IMG/VR virus record: IMGVR_UViG_3300037755_000308
Coordinates: 3,061 to 67,060 of that record
Length of the DNA: 64,000 nt
DNA from: a virus
Taxonomy: Duplodnaviria > Caudoviricetes
Direction: 5' to 3' (one strand)
Made by a program: the position numbers and the translations under genes. The notes beneath the pieces are model-generated. The model was given only the letters and a program-made list of their open reading frames with translations, had not been told where the DNA came from and did no database searches. Positions 1 through 9,923 of this stretch are shown piece after piece; position 1 is the stretch's first letter, and every line of letters begins with the position of its first letter.

Positions 1-2
1 AG

Positions 3-2348
3 ATAGGACTTCCAGAACGTAGTGCACTAGACTTAAGTAGTGCCGCCCATGGGTATGTAATACCGTATTATGACATACAAGGGTTCCCAACACCCTTTTA
101 CCGCGTTCGTCTGGATACTCCATCCAAACATAAGTATAAGCAACCTAAGAATACTAGCAACGCGGTATACTACCCGAAGAATTTTCTCAGTACACTTAAT
201 GGTCACAAGTATGTGATCTTCACGGAAGGTGAGAAGAAGGCTGTTGCCGCTAACAAGATTGGCTGTCCAACAATAGCTTTCGGTGGAGTGTACAGCTGGA
301 AGAACAACGTATTCAAGTTGCCATCTGATGCTATAGTTCAAGGTAAAGCTGGAACTGATGTGGCAATCATACCCAAAACTAATATCACGATCAGACTCCA
401 GGAGGACTTTGATCCTGATAGAATGTTCAATATGTATGCTACTGGTTTTGATGCACTTGTCGATCTAGTTAAAACGCACGAGCTAACTGTACTAATAGCT
501 TATGACTCAAGTGCAAAAGGAAGTAAGAGTAATAACATAACCCTAGATGTTCAGAGAGCTGCTGCTAAGCTAGGGATGGAGCTACGATCTCTTGGCATCA
601 AGATGGGAAGAATCAAGCAGCTTCTCTTGCCCTTGGGCACCCATGAGAAGATGGGTGTGGATGATTACATTCAGCTACATGGTATATCCGCCTTCAAAAA
701 GTTGGTTGAAGATAGCTGTAATAATGCTCGAGGCTTTCCACATCACCCTGATCTACGCACTCACATAGCTAAGAAGTTACAGTTCCCAAAGATCACACGC
801 AAGGAGATGATGCAACTTGGACTGTCTATGGTTGCTCAGTTGGACTTCAGAGGACGTCGTCTCAAAGCGGTTCCTGATGGAGACATGTATTACTTTGATG
901 GTGTGACAAAAGAACTATTTCGTATGTCTCATCTTCAGGGTGGTAGTGGCAACGCTCCAGTAATGCACGACAAGTTCACTAACCTCCTCTACGATGAGTT
1001 CGACCTTACTGGAGCTGACCAGCGCGTTATCAAAGTTGTTAACACTCAGTCTTGTTGTGAAGGTCCTATTGATGAAGTAGTACCTCGAAAAGGTCTACAT
1101 ATCGATAGCGCCAAGGACACAGTGTACTTTCAAATCAGTAGTAAGGAATTTGTATCAGTTAGTGCTGCAGGCATCAACATACATGATAATGGCACTAACA
1201 ATATCATGTTTGAAGGGTTGCAGTACTCAAATGAGCTCGATGGTGCCCATCTATTAACTGAACTTAAAAAGCAGATCGACAATGACTTAGAACCATGGTG
1301 GTTTGATACGCTTCGTCAAACTAGATTGGATGACAATAAAGAAACACTACATCGTACAAAGCTAGCAACTGTTCTATTCTATGCATCACCATGGCTACAT
1401 CGTTGGAAGGGTACGCAGCTACCAATTGAGATAGCAACTGGTGAAGCTGGTAGTGGCAAATCAACTCTATATGGCTTACGTTTGGAGATGTTAACTGGAA
1501 GACAAGACCTTAGGAACAGACCAAAGAACATTGCAGATTGGTATGCTAGCATTATTGGCACAGGTGGACTGCACGTTGTTGATAATGCGAATCTAGAGGC
1601 TGATCCAGCACTAGGGCAGTTAATGTCTGATGAGATGTGTAGGATGATCACCGAGCCTAAACCAACTGTCGAAATGAGAAGGTACTACACCGAAAAAGAA
1701 CTTATGCGTGTTCCAGTTAATGCTGTATTTGCAATGACTGCCCTTCGGTTACCCTTTAGACAGCTTGACCTTATTCAGCGTTCAGTACACTTTTCATTGT
1801 CACGTGGTACTGGTGCATCGGCCTACCTATTTGATGCTGACTGGGCAGACAATCAGTTAAACATAAAAGGTGGTCGAGTAGGTTGGGTAGCTCATCATCT
1901 TATAGTCCTGCATAAGTTTCTCAAGCTTGCTGAAAAGAGATGGCAACCTAAGTACAAAGCCAAATTTAGGTTGATCAACCTTGAACAGATCCTTATGCTT
2001 ATGTGCGATCTATTTGGGTGGGACAACAAGTGGATACCTGATCACCTATCCAAGTCGGTTCAAGAATCAAGTGCAGAAGTGGATTGGATCCTCCAAGGCT
2101 TAATCGCTTACAAAGATGATGTTATGGCACGCCTTGGTGAAAACGCTAGCAGTATGACAATCTCACCAGGTATGATTGCTACTTGGGCAAGCGGGCATGA
2201 AGACTTTGCTACCTGTCAACCATTAACTGATGCCCGCAGGCTAAGCAACTATATGATACAACATCCTTCGATGATAGGAAGTGTGGCAAAGATTGTTCCT
2301 GTGAGTACAGGGGCAAATGAGCGGGCTAGCTACCGAATTATTCCCTAG
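3..2348 (+). CDS. DNA primase-helicase (Toprim/DUF3854-like N-terminus plus P-loop NTPase), 5'-truncated by the window edge
   Basis: The frame is open from position 3 (IGLPERSALD...GYVIPYYDIQG...FYRVRL...KYKQPKN) into the tracked ORF. It has a Toprim-like TEGEKKA motif, IAYDS and GVDDYI, Walker A GEAGSGKST and Walker B-like LHVVDN. Confidence 0.8.
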   Translation: MGLPERSALDLSSAAHGYVIPYYDIQGFPTPFYRVRLDTPSKHKYKQPKNTSNAVYYPKNFLSTLNGHKYVIFTEGEKKAVAANKIGCPTIAFGGVYSWKNNVFKLPSDAIVQGKAGTDVAIIPKTNITIRLQEDFDPDRMFNMYATGFDALVDLVKTHELTVLIAYDSSAKGSKSNNITLDVQRAAAKLGMELRSLGIKMGRIKQLLLPLGTHEKMGVDDYIQLHGISAFKKLVEDSCNNARGFPHHPDLRTHIAKKLQFPKITRKEMMQLGLSMVAQLDFRGRRLKAVPDGDMYYFDGVTKELFRMSHLQGGSGNAPVMHDKFTNLLYDEFDLTGADQRVIKVVNTQSCCEGPIDEVVPRKGLHIDSAKDTVYFQISSKEFVSVSAAGINIHDNGTNNIMFEGLQYSNELDGAHLLTELKKQIDNDLEPWWFDTLRQTRLDDNKETLHRTKLATVLFYASPWLHRWKGTQLPIEIATGEAGSGKSTLYGLRLEMLTGRQDLRNRPKNIADWYASIIGTGGLHVVDNANLEADPALGQLMSDEMCRMITEPKPTVEMRRYYTEKELMRVPVNAVFAMTALRLPFRQLDLIQRSVHFSLSRGTGASAYLFDADWADNQLNIKGGRVGWVAHHLIVLHKFLKLAEKRWQPKYKAKFRLINLEQILMLMCDLFGWDNKWIPDHLSKSVQESSAEVDWILQGLIAYKDDVMARLGENASSMTISPGMIATWASGHEDFATCQPLTDARRLSNYMIQHPSMIGSVAKIVPVSTGANERASYRIIP

Positions 2349-2395
2349 AAAGCGGTCTCGTCCAAAAATTTACCAGAATTACCTTAAAAAAACTG

Positions 2396-2424
2396 TTGAT
2401 TACCTTAAAAAAATAAGCTATTAT
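2396..2424 (+). promoter_or_regulatory. sigma70-like promoter
   Basis: TTGATT-17 bp-TATTAT in AT-rich intergenic DNA upstream of the 2623 gene. Confidence 0.65.
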
Positions 2425-2473
2425 CATATTGTTAACCCAGAGAATAGTGAAACTGTGGAACATGTACGATTGT

Positions 2474-2511
<38 letters not shown>

Positions 2512-2555
2512 ACAACACGAGATCACCATTCTCGAGTGGGTTCAGCTAGATGGTT

Positions 2556-2591
2556 GCAGTAGCAGTAGCAGTAGCAACGGCAACGGCAACG
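2556..2591. repeat. (GCAGTA)x3(GCAACG)x3 compound hexamer repeat
   Basis: Read directly. Confidence 0.9.
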
Positions 2592-2622
2592 ACATATGCC
2601 AACATGAACAAGGAGGTTCATT

Positions 2623-2970
2623 GTGACTGACACCCAGGCTTCGACGCAGACTCCAGCTCAGGCTGACAACTCGTATCTCGACAATATCGCTGTTCCTACT
2701 CCTCCGGCTGGTGGTCCCAAGACCGGTGGTGGTGGATCCGTGATGATCACCAACCCTGTCGACGGCACTCAGGTCTCGCGCAGCACCTATATCAAGGCTC
2801 TCGCGAAGGCTGGCTGGTCTCGCCGGCAGATCCAGGATCATCTCAAGGAGATCGGTCACGAGGTTCGTTACCAGACGGTCTACCAGGCTACGCAGGAATT
2901 CTTCCCCAAGCGTGGCGAGGAAGGCTATAACGAAGCTGAAGACGATGCAGACGAGAGCGCCGACGAGTAA
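2623..2970 (+). CDS. Small HTH-like DNA-binding protein (paralogue 1)
   Basis: Strong RBS AAGGAGGT before the GTG start and GC3-rich codons. STYIKALAKAGWSRRQIQDHL...VRYQTVYQ aligns with the ORFs at 60229 and 62130. Acidic tail. Confidence 0.7.
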   Translation: MTDTQASTQTPAQADNSYLDNIAVPTPPAGGPKTGGGGSVMITNPVDGTQVSRSTYIKALAKAGWSRRQIQDHLKEIGHEVRYQTVYQATQEFFPKRGEEGYNEAEDDADESADE

Positions 2971-3062
2971 ATCGAGACACGTGTACTACTCTTGATTGAG
3001 CAACCTCGCGCTCATGGGTGAGGGGGCTGATTGATAGCCTTGCCTAGCCTAGCCTTGCCTAA

Positions 3063-3121
3063 CCAACTAGTGTTAATGTGGGATAGTTACCGCCAGTCTC
3101 TGTTCCCTTAACACTAGTTGG
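3063..3121. terminator. Long hairpin (14-bp perfect stem), possible terminator or processing site
   Basis: CCAACTAGTGTTAA (3063-3076) / TTAACACTAGTTGG (3108-3121). Confidence 0.6.
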
Positions 3122-3172
3122 CCTGTCTTCTAATGTTAACAGTAACAGTAACAAACAGATGGTGTAGTAAAG

Positions 3173-3934
3173 ATGTCTACCAGCAGGGGTTTACACAGTC
3201 GAGTTGATTCTGTTAAAAGAAATGTGTCGGAGTGGACCGAGCGTGGCATCGTATTTCTTGAGCGAGGTGGCTTCGAGAACATATGCTACGTGGCTGTGCT
3301 TGTATTATACCTGATGGCATTATGGTATTTACTTCCCAAACCCGATGGTGGCTTGTCCAGTCGATATTTTGCTGAGCAACAGCAGGAGCAGCAGGACCAA
3401 CAACAACAACCAATTAAGTATACAAGCGAACCTGAGGTTGAAACCACGGTCGAAGTTGTTGATAGTGACCTTCAGCTGCCACCCGAGATCCAAGAGCACT
3501 ACATCTTTGCTATGTCATCTGTTGCTAAGGCAGATGAGATAGAGTGTGTATATAATGCTGCCAGCCGATATTTGAACTGTCCAGAGGTGCCCTTAATAGT
3601 TAACAAGAGTCCTATTAACTGGGATTGGGATTCAGAAGAGGTGGAAACTCGAGCAACATTAATACACCTGGCAGACATATACAGAAACAAGGCTAATATG
3701 AAGAGGCACTTCTCAACAGAGGAGAGCCTTCTAATAGACCCGGCTGTACTGCTTGAGGAGGAGATTGAGGACACCACAATCACTGTGGGTGATAAGGTAT
3801 ATCTAGTTGCATCAGCACTTCCAGTTCGCAATCCATTTGTCGATCCTAAAGACAAATCTAGAATACAGCATAAGCTAACATGTAAGAAGACAAGGTGGCT
3901 CACCTTGAAAGCAAAGCGGGCTGCTGGCTGTTAA
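3173..3934 (+). CDS. Hypothetical membrane-anchored protein
   Basis: 253 aa ORF with a hydrophobic segment (YVAVLVLYLMALWYLL) followed by a Q-rich linker. Confidence 0.6.
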   Translation: MSTSRGLHSRVDSVKRNVSEWTERGIVFLERGGFENICYVAVLVLYLMALWYLLPKPDGGLSSRYFAEQQQEQQDQQQQPIKYTSEPEVETTVEVVDSDLQLPPEIQEHYIFAMSSVAKADEIECVYNAASRYLNCPEVPLIVNKSPINWDWDSEEVETRATLIHLADIYRNKANMKRHFSTEESLLIDPAVLLEEEIEDTTITVGDKVYLVASALPVRNPFVDPKDKSRIQHKLTCKKTRWLTLKAKRAAGC

Positions 3935-3963
3935 TAACTAAGTGGGCGTGAGAAGAGTGGGAG

Positions 3964-4539
3964 ATGGGGGTGGTAGTGTCAATTGGCAAGAACTTTAAGA
4001 AGCTGGCAGAATCACAAGACGGATTTAGAGGACACATTCTTGGGCTAGATCCTGGAGAGCGAACAGGGTGGGCTTGGTTCCATGACTTCGAGCTCATCGG
4101 TAGCGGTGAAATCCAAACTGGCACTGTCTCTCTAACCGTGAAGAACTTAATAGAGAAGTTGACCTGGGTTCTAGAGCAGAGTGGTATTAATAGCCCTTTC
4201 GGGATTGGCAGCGCCAGCTCTCTTGAAACAGATAAGCTTCACTTTGCAGTTGAAGACTACAGAGTGTACAAGCAGAAGGCAGACAGTCATATTAACTCAC
4301 CTGTGTATACTGTTAAGGTAATAGCACTGATCGAGTACGTAGCTCATATTAACAAGATCCCAATTCGTCTGCGTATGGCTGAGCATGCTAAAACCTTTGT
4401 AACAGATGAGCGACTTAAGAGTTGGGGCTTTTGGCAAAGAGGTGAACGGCACGCTAGAGATGCGATCCGCCATGCGGCATTATACACTATAGACTATCGT
4501 CAGTGGAAGAAGAAGATGGCTAACACACAATCAGGCTAG
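3964..4539 (+). CDS. RuvC-like Holliday junction resolvase
   Basis: RNase H-fold motifs ILGLDPGERTGWA, AVEDY and HARDAIRH. Confidence 0.8.
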   Translation: MGVVVSIGKNFKKLAESQDGFRGHILGLDPGERTGWAWFHDFELIGSGEIQTGTVSLTVKNLIEKLTWVLEQSGINSPFGIGSASSLETDKLHFAVEDYRVYKQKADSHINSPVYTVKVIALIEYVAHINKIPIRLRMAEHAKTFVTDERLKSWGFWQRGERHARDAIRHAALYTIDYRQWKKKMANTQSG

Positions 4540-4573
4540 TTTTTTAAATTAGACGAGAGCTACCATAATTTTT

Positions 4574-4607
4574 GCACTTGAAAAACCAAAGACCTTTATT
4601 CTATAAT
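4574..4607 (+). promoter_or_regulatory. Phage promoter family copy 1
   Basis: GCACTTGAAA...AGACCTTTATTCTATAAT; 18-bp spacer between TTGAAA and TATAAT. Confidence 0.75.
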
Positions 4608-4662
4608 GTATGGATAAACAAGAGTACAGTGAAGAATCAAGGGGCAAGGGGCAAGGGGTAAG

Positions 4663-5052
4663 GTGAACGGAACCATGTTCATATACAGCGATACGGATGA
4701 TAAGCCAACAGGCTTTGTTCCTAAGTTCAACATTGACCCTCATCCGGCGTATCTGAAGCATGCTGCTAATTGGTTCTACCTGCGTCTTATCTACTCTAAT
4801 GGTTCCACATTGGACAAGTTCCAAGCAACTAAAGAGCTTGCGATCTGTGACAGAAAGTTAAAGTACTGGTCTAGCAAGCCAACCTTTAATCCTGATCTTG
4901 TTGAAACTGAAGTCAAGAGGCTCAGCAAGGAGTGGGGATTGGAGTTCCTCGCTGGCAAGTATGATGAGGTTCAGGATAAGTGGCTTAAGCAACTCGATAC
5001 GAAGTCGAAGTCAAAACCGAATAAGAAACAGGTAAAAAATAGGAGAAAGTAA
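4663..5052 (+). CDS. Hypothetical protein
   Basis: 129 aa ORF downstream of a promoter, with RBS TAAGG and a Lys-rich C-terminus. Confidence 0.65.
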   Translation: MNGTMFIYSDTDDKPTGFVPKFNIDPHPAYLKHAANWFYLRLIYSNGSTLDKFQATKELAICDRKLKYWSSKPTFNPDLVETEVKRLSKEWGLEFLAGKYDEVQDKWLKQLDTKSKSKPNKKQVKNRRK

Positions 5053-5054
5053 GA

Positions 5055-5999
5055 ATGACAATTACAGCTTCAACAACAGCAAATTCACCGATGCCTGAGT
5101 TCCCTGTACACACAGAGGGTAAGATCTCATGGCAACAATTCTGGACACCTGAAGTTGCCATAGCTGCAAAGCCAGACTGGCTGCATACACTGGAGATCGA
5201 GTGGTCTCTGGAATATGACAGCAGCCCAAGCTTCAGAGCACTCACCAACAGTGACCCCCTACACTTCACCAATGATGATGCTGCCGTCTGGGAGCTCAAA
5301 GAAGGCAGGCGGTGGGTAGCAGAGCATAATGGTTGCTTGATGCAACAGTTTCATGGTGGTAGATTGTCTTGGGATGAAGAGCGTCAGGCTTGGGTTACCA
5401 CCAGACAGGAAGGCTATGGTGGTCGAGAGTTTATGATCACAATGCGCCCAGGGTCAGATCCCCGGTTTACTGTAGGACGCAACAAGGTTATCCTTTGTGG
5501 TCCATGGCACGGAAGTCCTCCTAAGGGATATGCAAGCATAAGCACCAAGCCACGTGATAGTAATAACTGTTACTGCTTCGGCTTGGAATTGCATATCGTG
5601 GCTATCGTGCAGATGTTCCCACTGTTTTTTCCTGATCATACATTAAACTATGTATGGCAGAGTTATGGACGACATGGAGAGTACATGATGGGGCCATGGG
5701 TTGAACCTTTTAAGCCTGGACAAGAGGTTCCACGTACTCTAATCTCTAACCGTCGTTGTGATCGTGCTACGCAGCTCCAGAAGTGGAAGAACGCCAAAGT
5801 GATCGACGCAGAGGAACTCCACTATACTGTCGGCAGGACATACCGCGGGCATGATGGTGTTGTGTACTACATCGATCAAGAGACACGCAACGGCCTTGAT
5901 ATCATCTGCTTGAGCAAGCTCGATGTTGAGGCTACTCGTCGAAGTATATCGGTGTCAGCTATTGACAAAACGTTCCAACTAACCCGCAACAGGGTGTGA
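5055..5999 (+). CDS. Hypothetical protein
   Basis: 314 aa ORF translationally coupled to the upstream gene; no family recognised. Confidence 0.65.
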   Translation: MTITASTTANSPMPEFPVHTEGKISWQQFWTPEVAIAAKPDWLHTLEIEWSLEYDSSPSFRALTNSDPLHFTNDDAAVWELKEGRRWVAEHNGCLMQQFHGGRLSWDEERQAWVTTRQEGYGGREFMITMRPGSDPRFTVGRNKVILCGPWHGSPPKGYASISTKPRDSNNCYCFGLELHIVAIVQMFPLFFPDHTLNYVWQSYGRHGEYMMGPWVEPFKPGQEVPRTLISNRRCDRATQLQKWKNAKVIDAEELHYTVGRTYRGHDGVVYYIDQETRNGLDIICLSKLDVEATRRSISVSAIDKTFQLTRNRV

Positions 6000-6113
6000 G
6001 TTAGAGCTAGAGCTAATGACAGTTTAAGGAGGAGTTATGGTCTGTTCCTACTCCTATCTGCCGAGAGAGTGTGCTCTTCTCCTCCTGGGCAATGAACACT
6101 TTCTCCAACTTTA

Positions 6114-6173
6114 GGAGAGTCTGGTTCTGATTCTTCACTTATCCCTTGGATCAGAATCAGACTCTCCCTTTTT
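6114..6173 (+). terminator. Rho-independent terminator
   Basis: GGAGAGTCTGGTTCTGAT / ATCAGAATCAGACTCTCC stem followed by CTTTTT. Confidence 0.75.
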
Positions 6174-6190
6174 AACCATGCACTAGGGAG

Positions 6191-6415
6191 TTGATAATGA
6201 CCATAAAGAAAAAACCTACAATTGCTGATCCTGTTCTCTGCTCTGATGCCGACGCTCTCATCAATGGCAGAATGGCGGTAGAGAATCTTGCAATTCAGTT
6301 AGAGGTGGCTGCTAGGGAGCTAATTGCTAAGGCAAAATCAATTCGCTCTGAATGGAACACTTTTGAACGTTTATACAAAGAGACTGAGAGTCTCAGTAAC
6401 GGCAGTGCACAATGA
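6191..6415 (+). CDS. Hypothetical coiled-coil protein
   Basis: 74 aa ORF with RBS GGGAG. Confidence 0.55.
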   Translation: MIMTIKKKPTIADPVLCSDADALINGRMAVENLAIQLEVAARELIAKAKSIRSEWNTFERLYKETESLSNGSAQ

Positions 6416-6783
6416 ACAAGAGCGAGCACGAGAGTGTTGTCGTAAGTGAGCCGTGGCTACCAGCAACTGGTAAACATCAGGCGACAGTAATTAGTATGTC
6501 AATTGTACCTTTGGTGTCAAAACCAAATATGTTCATGACTAAGGTGGCGTTGCTACTAGGTGAGGGTAAGATCTATGCTTTTGTAACAGGTTCACTAAAT
6601 GCATGTTCAATGTTGTATCTTAGTGAACCTTACTGGATCAACAAGGATGTCCCTGTCACAATATCACATCAGATATATTCTGGGAAGCTGACATACCATG
6701 TTAGAATTGAATTCGGAGAGCTTCTGCGACATGCCAAAGCCGAAAGCGTACGCGGGAACACGTCCACATCCGCATCCGAATAA
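6412..6783 (+). CDS. Hypothetical protein
   Basis: 123 aa ORF with an ATGA overlap with the previous gene. Confidence 0.55.
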   Translation: MNKSEHESVVVSEPWLPATGKHQATVISMSIVPLVSKPNMFMTKVALLLGEGKIYAFVTGSLNACSMLYLSEPYWINKDVPVTISHQIYSGKLTYHVRIEFGELLRHAKAESVRGNTSTSASE

Positions 6784-7324
6784 GCTTCGGCGTTGCAAAG
6801 CTGGGGATGTATTCGGTGATATTAAGCTGATCCGGCGTGTTCGTAAGCCTGCTGGACAATATGGAGATGTTTGGCAAGTACAATGCAAGTGCGGCAAGAT
6901 AGAGGTCATTCGAGAACAGTACCTATTCCGTTCAAAGAACCCTAAGCGTAACTGTGGTTGTGAGCGTAAGACCATTATCACTGAGTACCCACGTGAGTAC
7001 TCGATCTGGAAGATGATGAACAAAAGGTGTTACGATGACACTCACGTTAGCTATCGTTATTACGGTGGTGCTGGTATCACAGTGTATAGTCCTTGGCGTG
7101 ATGGTGGCATTCGTGTTTCACTTGAACAAAATGTTAAAGCATTTGGCAACTTCTTTCGATACATTGGGCCAGCGCCTTCAGCAGAACACACATTAGATCG
7201 CATTAATGGATTCAAGAATTACGAGCCAGATAATATTAGATGGGCCACACGAGAGCAGCAAGCTCGTAACAAGAAGATGTATTACATAGGAGGTGAACCA
7301 CCAGAGAGCAGCAACACAGAATAA
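6731..7324 (+). CDS. HNH-family endonuclease (free-standing, homing-endonuclease-like)
   Basis: WKMMNKRC...YRYYGGAGITV...TLDRING...YEPDNIRWATREQQARN, plus CKCG and CGC zinc-type motifs. Start moved to the ATG at 6731. Confidence 0.8.
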   Translation: MPKPKAYAGTRPHPHPNKLRRCKAGDVFGDIKLIRRVRKPAGQYGDVWQVQCKCGKIEVIREQYLFRSKNPKRNCGCERKTIITEYPREYSIWKMMNKRCYDDTHVSYRYYGGAGITVYSPWRDGGIRVSLEQNVKAFGNFFRYIGPAPSAEHTLDRINGFKNYEPDNIRWATREQQARNKKMYYIGGEPPESSNTE

Positions 7325-7376
7325 ATTATACCAGCATGATTAACCAGTGTTAGATTTGCCCAAGGAGACAACCAAG

Positions 7377-7754
7377 ATGGCAAGATCAAAGACAAAGTCG
7401 ACTGCAACTTCATCTATTGGACGTCACAGTCGCTCAGCTGCTCAACCACCAGTTAAGACGAAAGCAGAAGAGCCTTGCACGGCATATGAGTTTATTATCA
7501 CATCCAAATTTCGTGTACGCTCTCGCAAGCATATGACAGCTCACAGTCGTGACTTCCAGTTACTGAACCCGAATGTTGTGCGCAAGATGTTTCGAGAGAA
7601 AGTTCAGGAAGGCATTGCTACAATGGTCACTGACGTTGTTCGATATCCTGATCATATTCTCTCTGATGAGAACATTATCGATATAACAGTGACAAACGGT
7701 GAGATGGCTCCTCTTGAAGGTATCGGTCATATCTACAGGCGCAGGGGCACCTAA
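7377..7754 (+). CDS. Hypothetical protein
   Basis: RBS AAGGAG before the ATG at 7377. Confidence 0.55.
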   Translation: MARSKTKSTATSSIGRHSRSAAQPPVKTKAEEPCTAYEFIITSKFRVRSRKHMTAHSRDFQLLNPNVVRKMFREKVQEGIATMVTDVVRYPDHILSDENIIDITVTNGEMAPLEGIGHIYRRRGT

Positions 7755-7811
7755 GCTCGTAGCACAACAGAGTTAGAGACAGAATAAGGTAGAATAAGAA
7801 GAGGGTCGTTA

Positions 7812-8186
7812 ATGCGTGGACGTCGAGAACGAAATGTTGTTATCAGACCAGATTCTCCAACGATCATTTCTTATAGTCTACGGCAAGGCATAACTCCATG
7901 TCGTGCAGACAAGGTGATCAAAGACTCTTGGTGGGTTATAGCTGCCACTGAGATGAGAGTCGGTTACAGAAAACAGGAAGTGCTCCTCTTTCTCGACTCA
8001 CTAGAGGGGCACATTCCACAGGAGTCTGCTGACGAGATGGTTATTCATCTGATGAAGCGAATCTTGTTTCCTTGGGCGGTAGTCAAACAGCTGTCCGAGG
8101 TTTATCTAGTCCGCCATGGAAACAAGGGCTGGCAGATACCATATGGTCGTGTAGGTGGTGAAGGCATTCAACGTCTCAAGCGGTAA
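7812..8186 (+). CDS. Hypothetical protein
   Basis: 124 aa ORF with RBS GAGGG. Confidence 0.55.
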   Translation: MRGRRERNVVIRPDSPTIISYSLRQGITPCRADKVIKDSWWVIAATEMRVGYRKQEVLLFLDSLEGHIPQESADEMVIHLMKRILFPWAVVKQLSEVYLVRHGNKGWQIPYGRVGGEGIQRLKR

Positions 8187-8201
8187 GAGGTAGGGTAGGA
8201 T

Positions 8202-8681
8202 ATGAGTAAAAGCGTATGGCTTTCCGGTAAAACATACACTCATGCAGTTGGATTGTCTTGCTGCTTTCGACAGCATAAAGCACAGTCACATTGCAAGTAC
8301 CTCCACGGATATGCACTGGAGATTAAATTCACGTTCTCCACGACCGATCTTGATGAGAACGGCTGGGTTGTGGACTTCGGTGGTCTTAAAGACCTCAAAG
8401 CTTGGCTGGAGCTTATGTTCGATCATAAGTGTCTAGTTGCTCACGATGACCCATCTATTAGTACATTCAGAGCACTACACAATGTGGGACTTGTCCAGTT
8501 GAGAGAAGTGCCTGGAACAGGATGTGAGAAGTTCGCTGAGATGATCTATGCTCATACTGAAGCATGGCTCAAGAGGGTAGACTTATCACCTCGATGTAGT
8601 CTTGTGTCTGTTGAAGTCAGGGAACATGGCGCTAACAGTGCTTCGTTCTGCAAGCTTGGGACAGGAGACAGCGTGCAGTAG
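8202..8681 (+). CDS. queD: 6-carboxy-5,6,7,8-tetrahydropterin synthase
   Basis: CKYLHGY, GWVVDFGGLK, MFDH and EVREH motifs of the PTPS/QueD T-fold family. Confidence 0.9.
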   Translation: MSKSVWLSGKTYTHAVGLSCCFRQHKAQSHCKYLHGYALEIKFTFSTTDLDENGWVVDFGGLKDLKAWLELMFDHKCLVAHDDPSISTFRALHNVGLVQLREVPGTGCEKFAEMIYAHTEAWLKRVDLSPRCSLVSVEVREHGANSASFCKLGTGDSVQ

Positions 8682-8728
8682 CCAGTATATAATCGTACAA
8701 GCGTGTAACTACAAGGAGATAAGTAGCT

Positions 8729-9220
8729 GTGACTTTAACTTTGACCTCGCCTACACCCCCATCGTCACACGCAATAGTAATACTAGCACGTGCGCTTGCT
8801 ATGTTTCGTGGACGAAGTATTGCTTTAGTTACTTCTCCTACAGCTGTAGGTGAATTGCAAACACTTCATCGTGAGCTCATTCTTGTGACTGGTGATGCAG
8901 GCTTTGCAGGTGATGTGCTACAAGCAATGGATGTTGCTCGTAATAGAGCGTTCAGTACACTTGGACAGCCTCTAGTTAAAGAGCACGGGCACGGGCACGA
9001 GCATAAGGGTGACAACCGATCACGTGAAGAAGTCCTTGCTGAAGCTCTAGACAAGGCGCGTGAAGTATTTGGTATATACGCAAAGCTCCACCAACAGAAG
9101 GGTTCACCAGCAGGAATGGCTAAAGCTGAAACTAATGCTAGCCTTGCTGAGATGTGCTCCCAAGCTCTTCACTATAAAGAACAGACAAAGATCGTAACTA
9201 CACCGGTAGAAGATTTGTAG
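8729..9220 (+). CDS. Hypothetical helical protein
   Basis: 163 aa ORF with RBS AAGGAG and an internal HGHGHEH stutter. Confidence 0.6.
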   Translation: MTLTLTSPTPPSSHAIVILARALAMFRGRSIALVTSPTAVGELQTLHRELILVTGDAGFAGDVLQAMDVARNRAFSTLGQPLVKEHGHGHEHKGDNRSREEVLAEALDKAREVFGIYAKLHQQKGSPAGMAKAETNASLAEMCSQALHYKEQTKIVTTPVEDL

Positions 9221-9234
9221 TCGCTTCTCTTTTC

Positions 9235-9268
9235 GCACTTGATGACTTGAGAACCTTTCTTCTATAAT
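9235..9268 (+). promoter_or_regulatory. Phage promoter family copy 2
   Basis: GCACTTGATGACTTGAGAACCTTTCTTCTATAAT, with a second TATAAT 11 bp downstream. Confidence 0.8.
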
Positions 9269-9311
9269 GGAGTTATAATCAGATGATGGGTTCAACAGGA
9301 GATTATAGCTC

Positions 9312-9515
9312 ATGACTGCAATGGAGAAAGGTGATCGCTTCGAGGTAACCGTTAAGGTTGTCAAGGAGACAAAAGCAACATACCGCTGTGAAGAGATCGG
9401 GGCAGACGGAGAGCCAGTGCACTTCAAGCAAGCGATGCTTGGAACTATTTACGTCAAGAAGGAACTCTTTGAAGTGAAGCCCAACCTTCTGACAATCATC
9501 GTCCAGGTGGAGTAG
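9312..9515 (+). CDS. Hypothetical protein
   Basis: 67 aa ORF with RBS AGGAG directly after a promoter. Confidence 0.6.
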   Translation: MTAMEKGDRFEVTVKVVKETKATYRCEEIGADGEPVHFKQAMLGTIYVKKELFEVKPNLLTIIVQVE

Positions 9516-9555
9516 AAACAGAAACAGAAGCAGAAACAGAAGTAGGAGCGCCAGC

Positions 9556-9828
9556 ATGGCTACGACAGTGCTTAAGAGAGCAAATCCAAACCTTCATGGT
9601 TGGATTGAGCTTATCGAGGATACCAACCTGGGATGCTTTTTCGTAACCACTCCCGACGATGAAGATGGAGCGGAGTTCGATGGTGATAAGGCTGGCGCTC
9701 ACGCTTACTTTGAAGAGGAGGTAAAGCGGTATTCAGAACTCCCTAACTGGGAGCTTCAAGCTCGGTATGATGAAGAGCATGGTACCATCAACGGGTATTC
9801 CCCTTGGCAGTTTAACAGGGAACAGTAA
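9556..9828 (+). CDS. Hypothetical acidic protein
   Basis: 90 aa ORF with RBS AGGAG. Confidence 0.6.
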   Translation: MATTVLKRANPNLHGWIELIEDTNLGCFFVTTPDDEDGAEFDGDKAGAHAYFEEEVKRYSELPNWELQARYDEEHGTINGYSPWQFNREQ

Positions 9829-9923
9829 CACTAGTTCTCCCTCTCTTAGGAGAACTTATACGGGGGTATCCGGGAGGTACAAAACAAGCTGAAGGTAATG
9901 CGTCAGCCCTAATTTGTACACGC

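Noticed and set aside
6731-7324. HNH gene as part of an intron or a novel defence system
   Set aside because: It is free-standing between intact ORFs, as is common for phage homing-type endonucleases.
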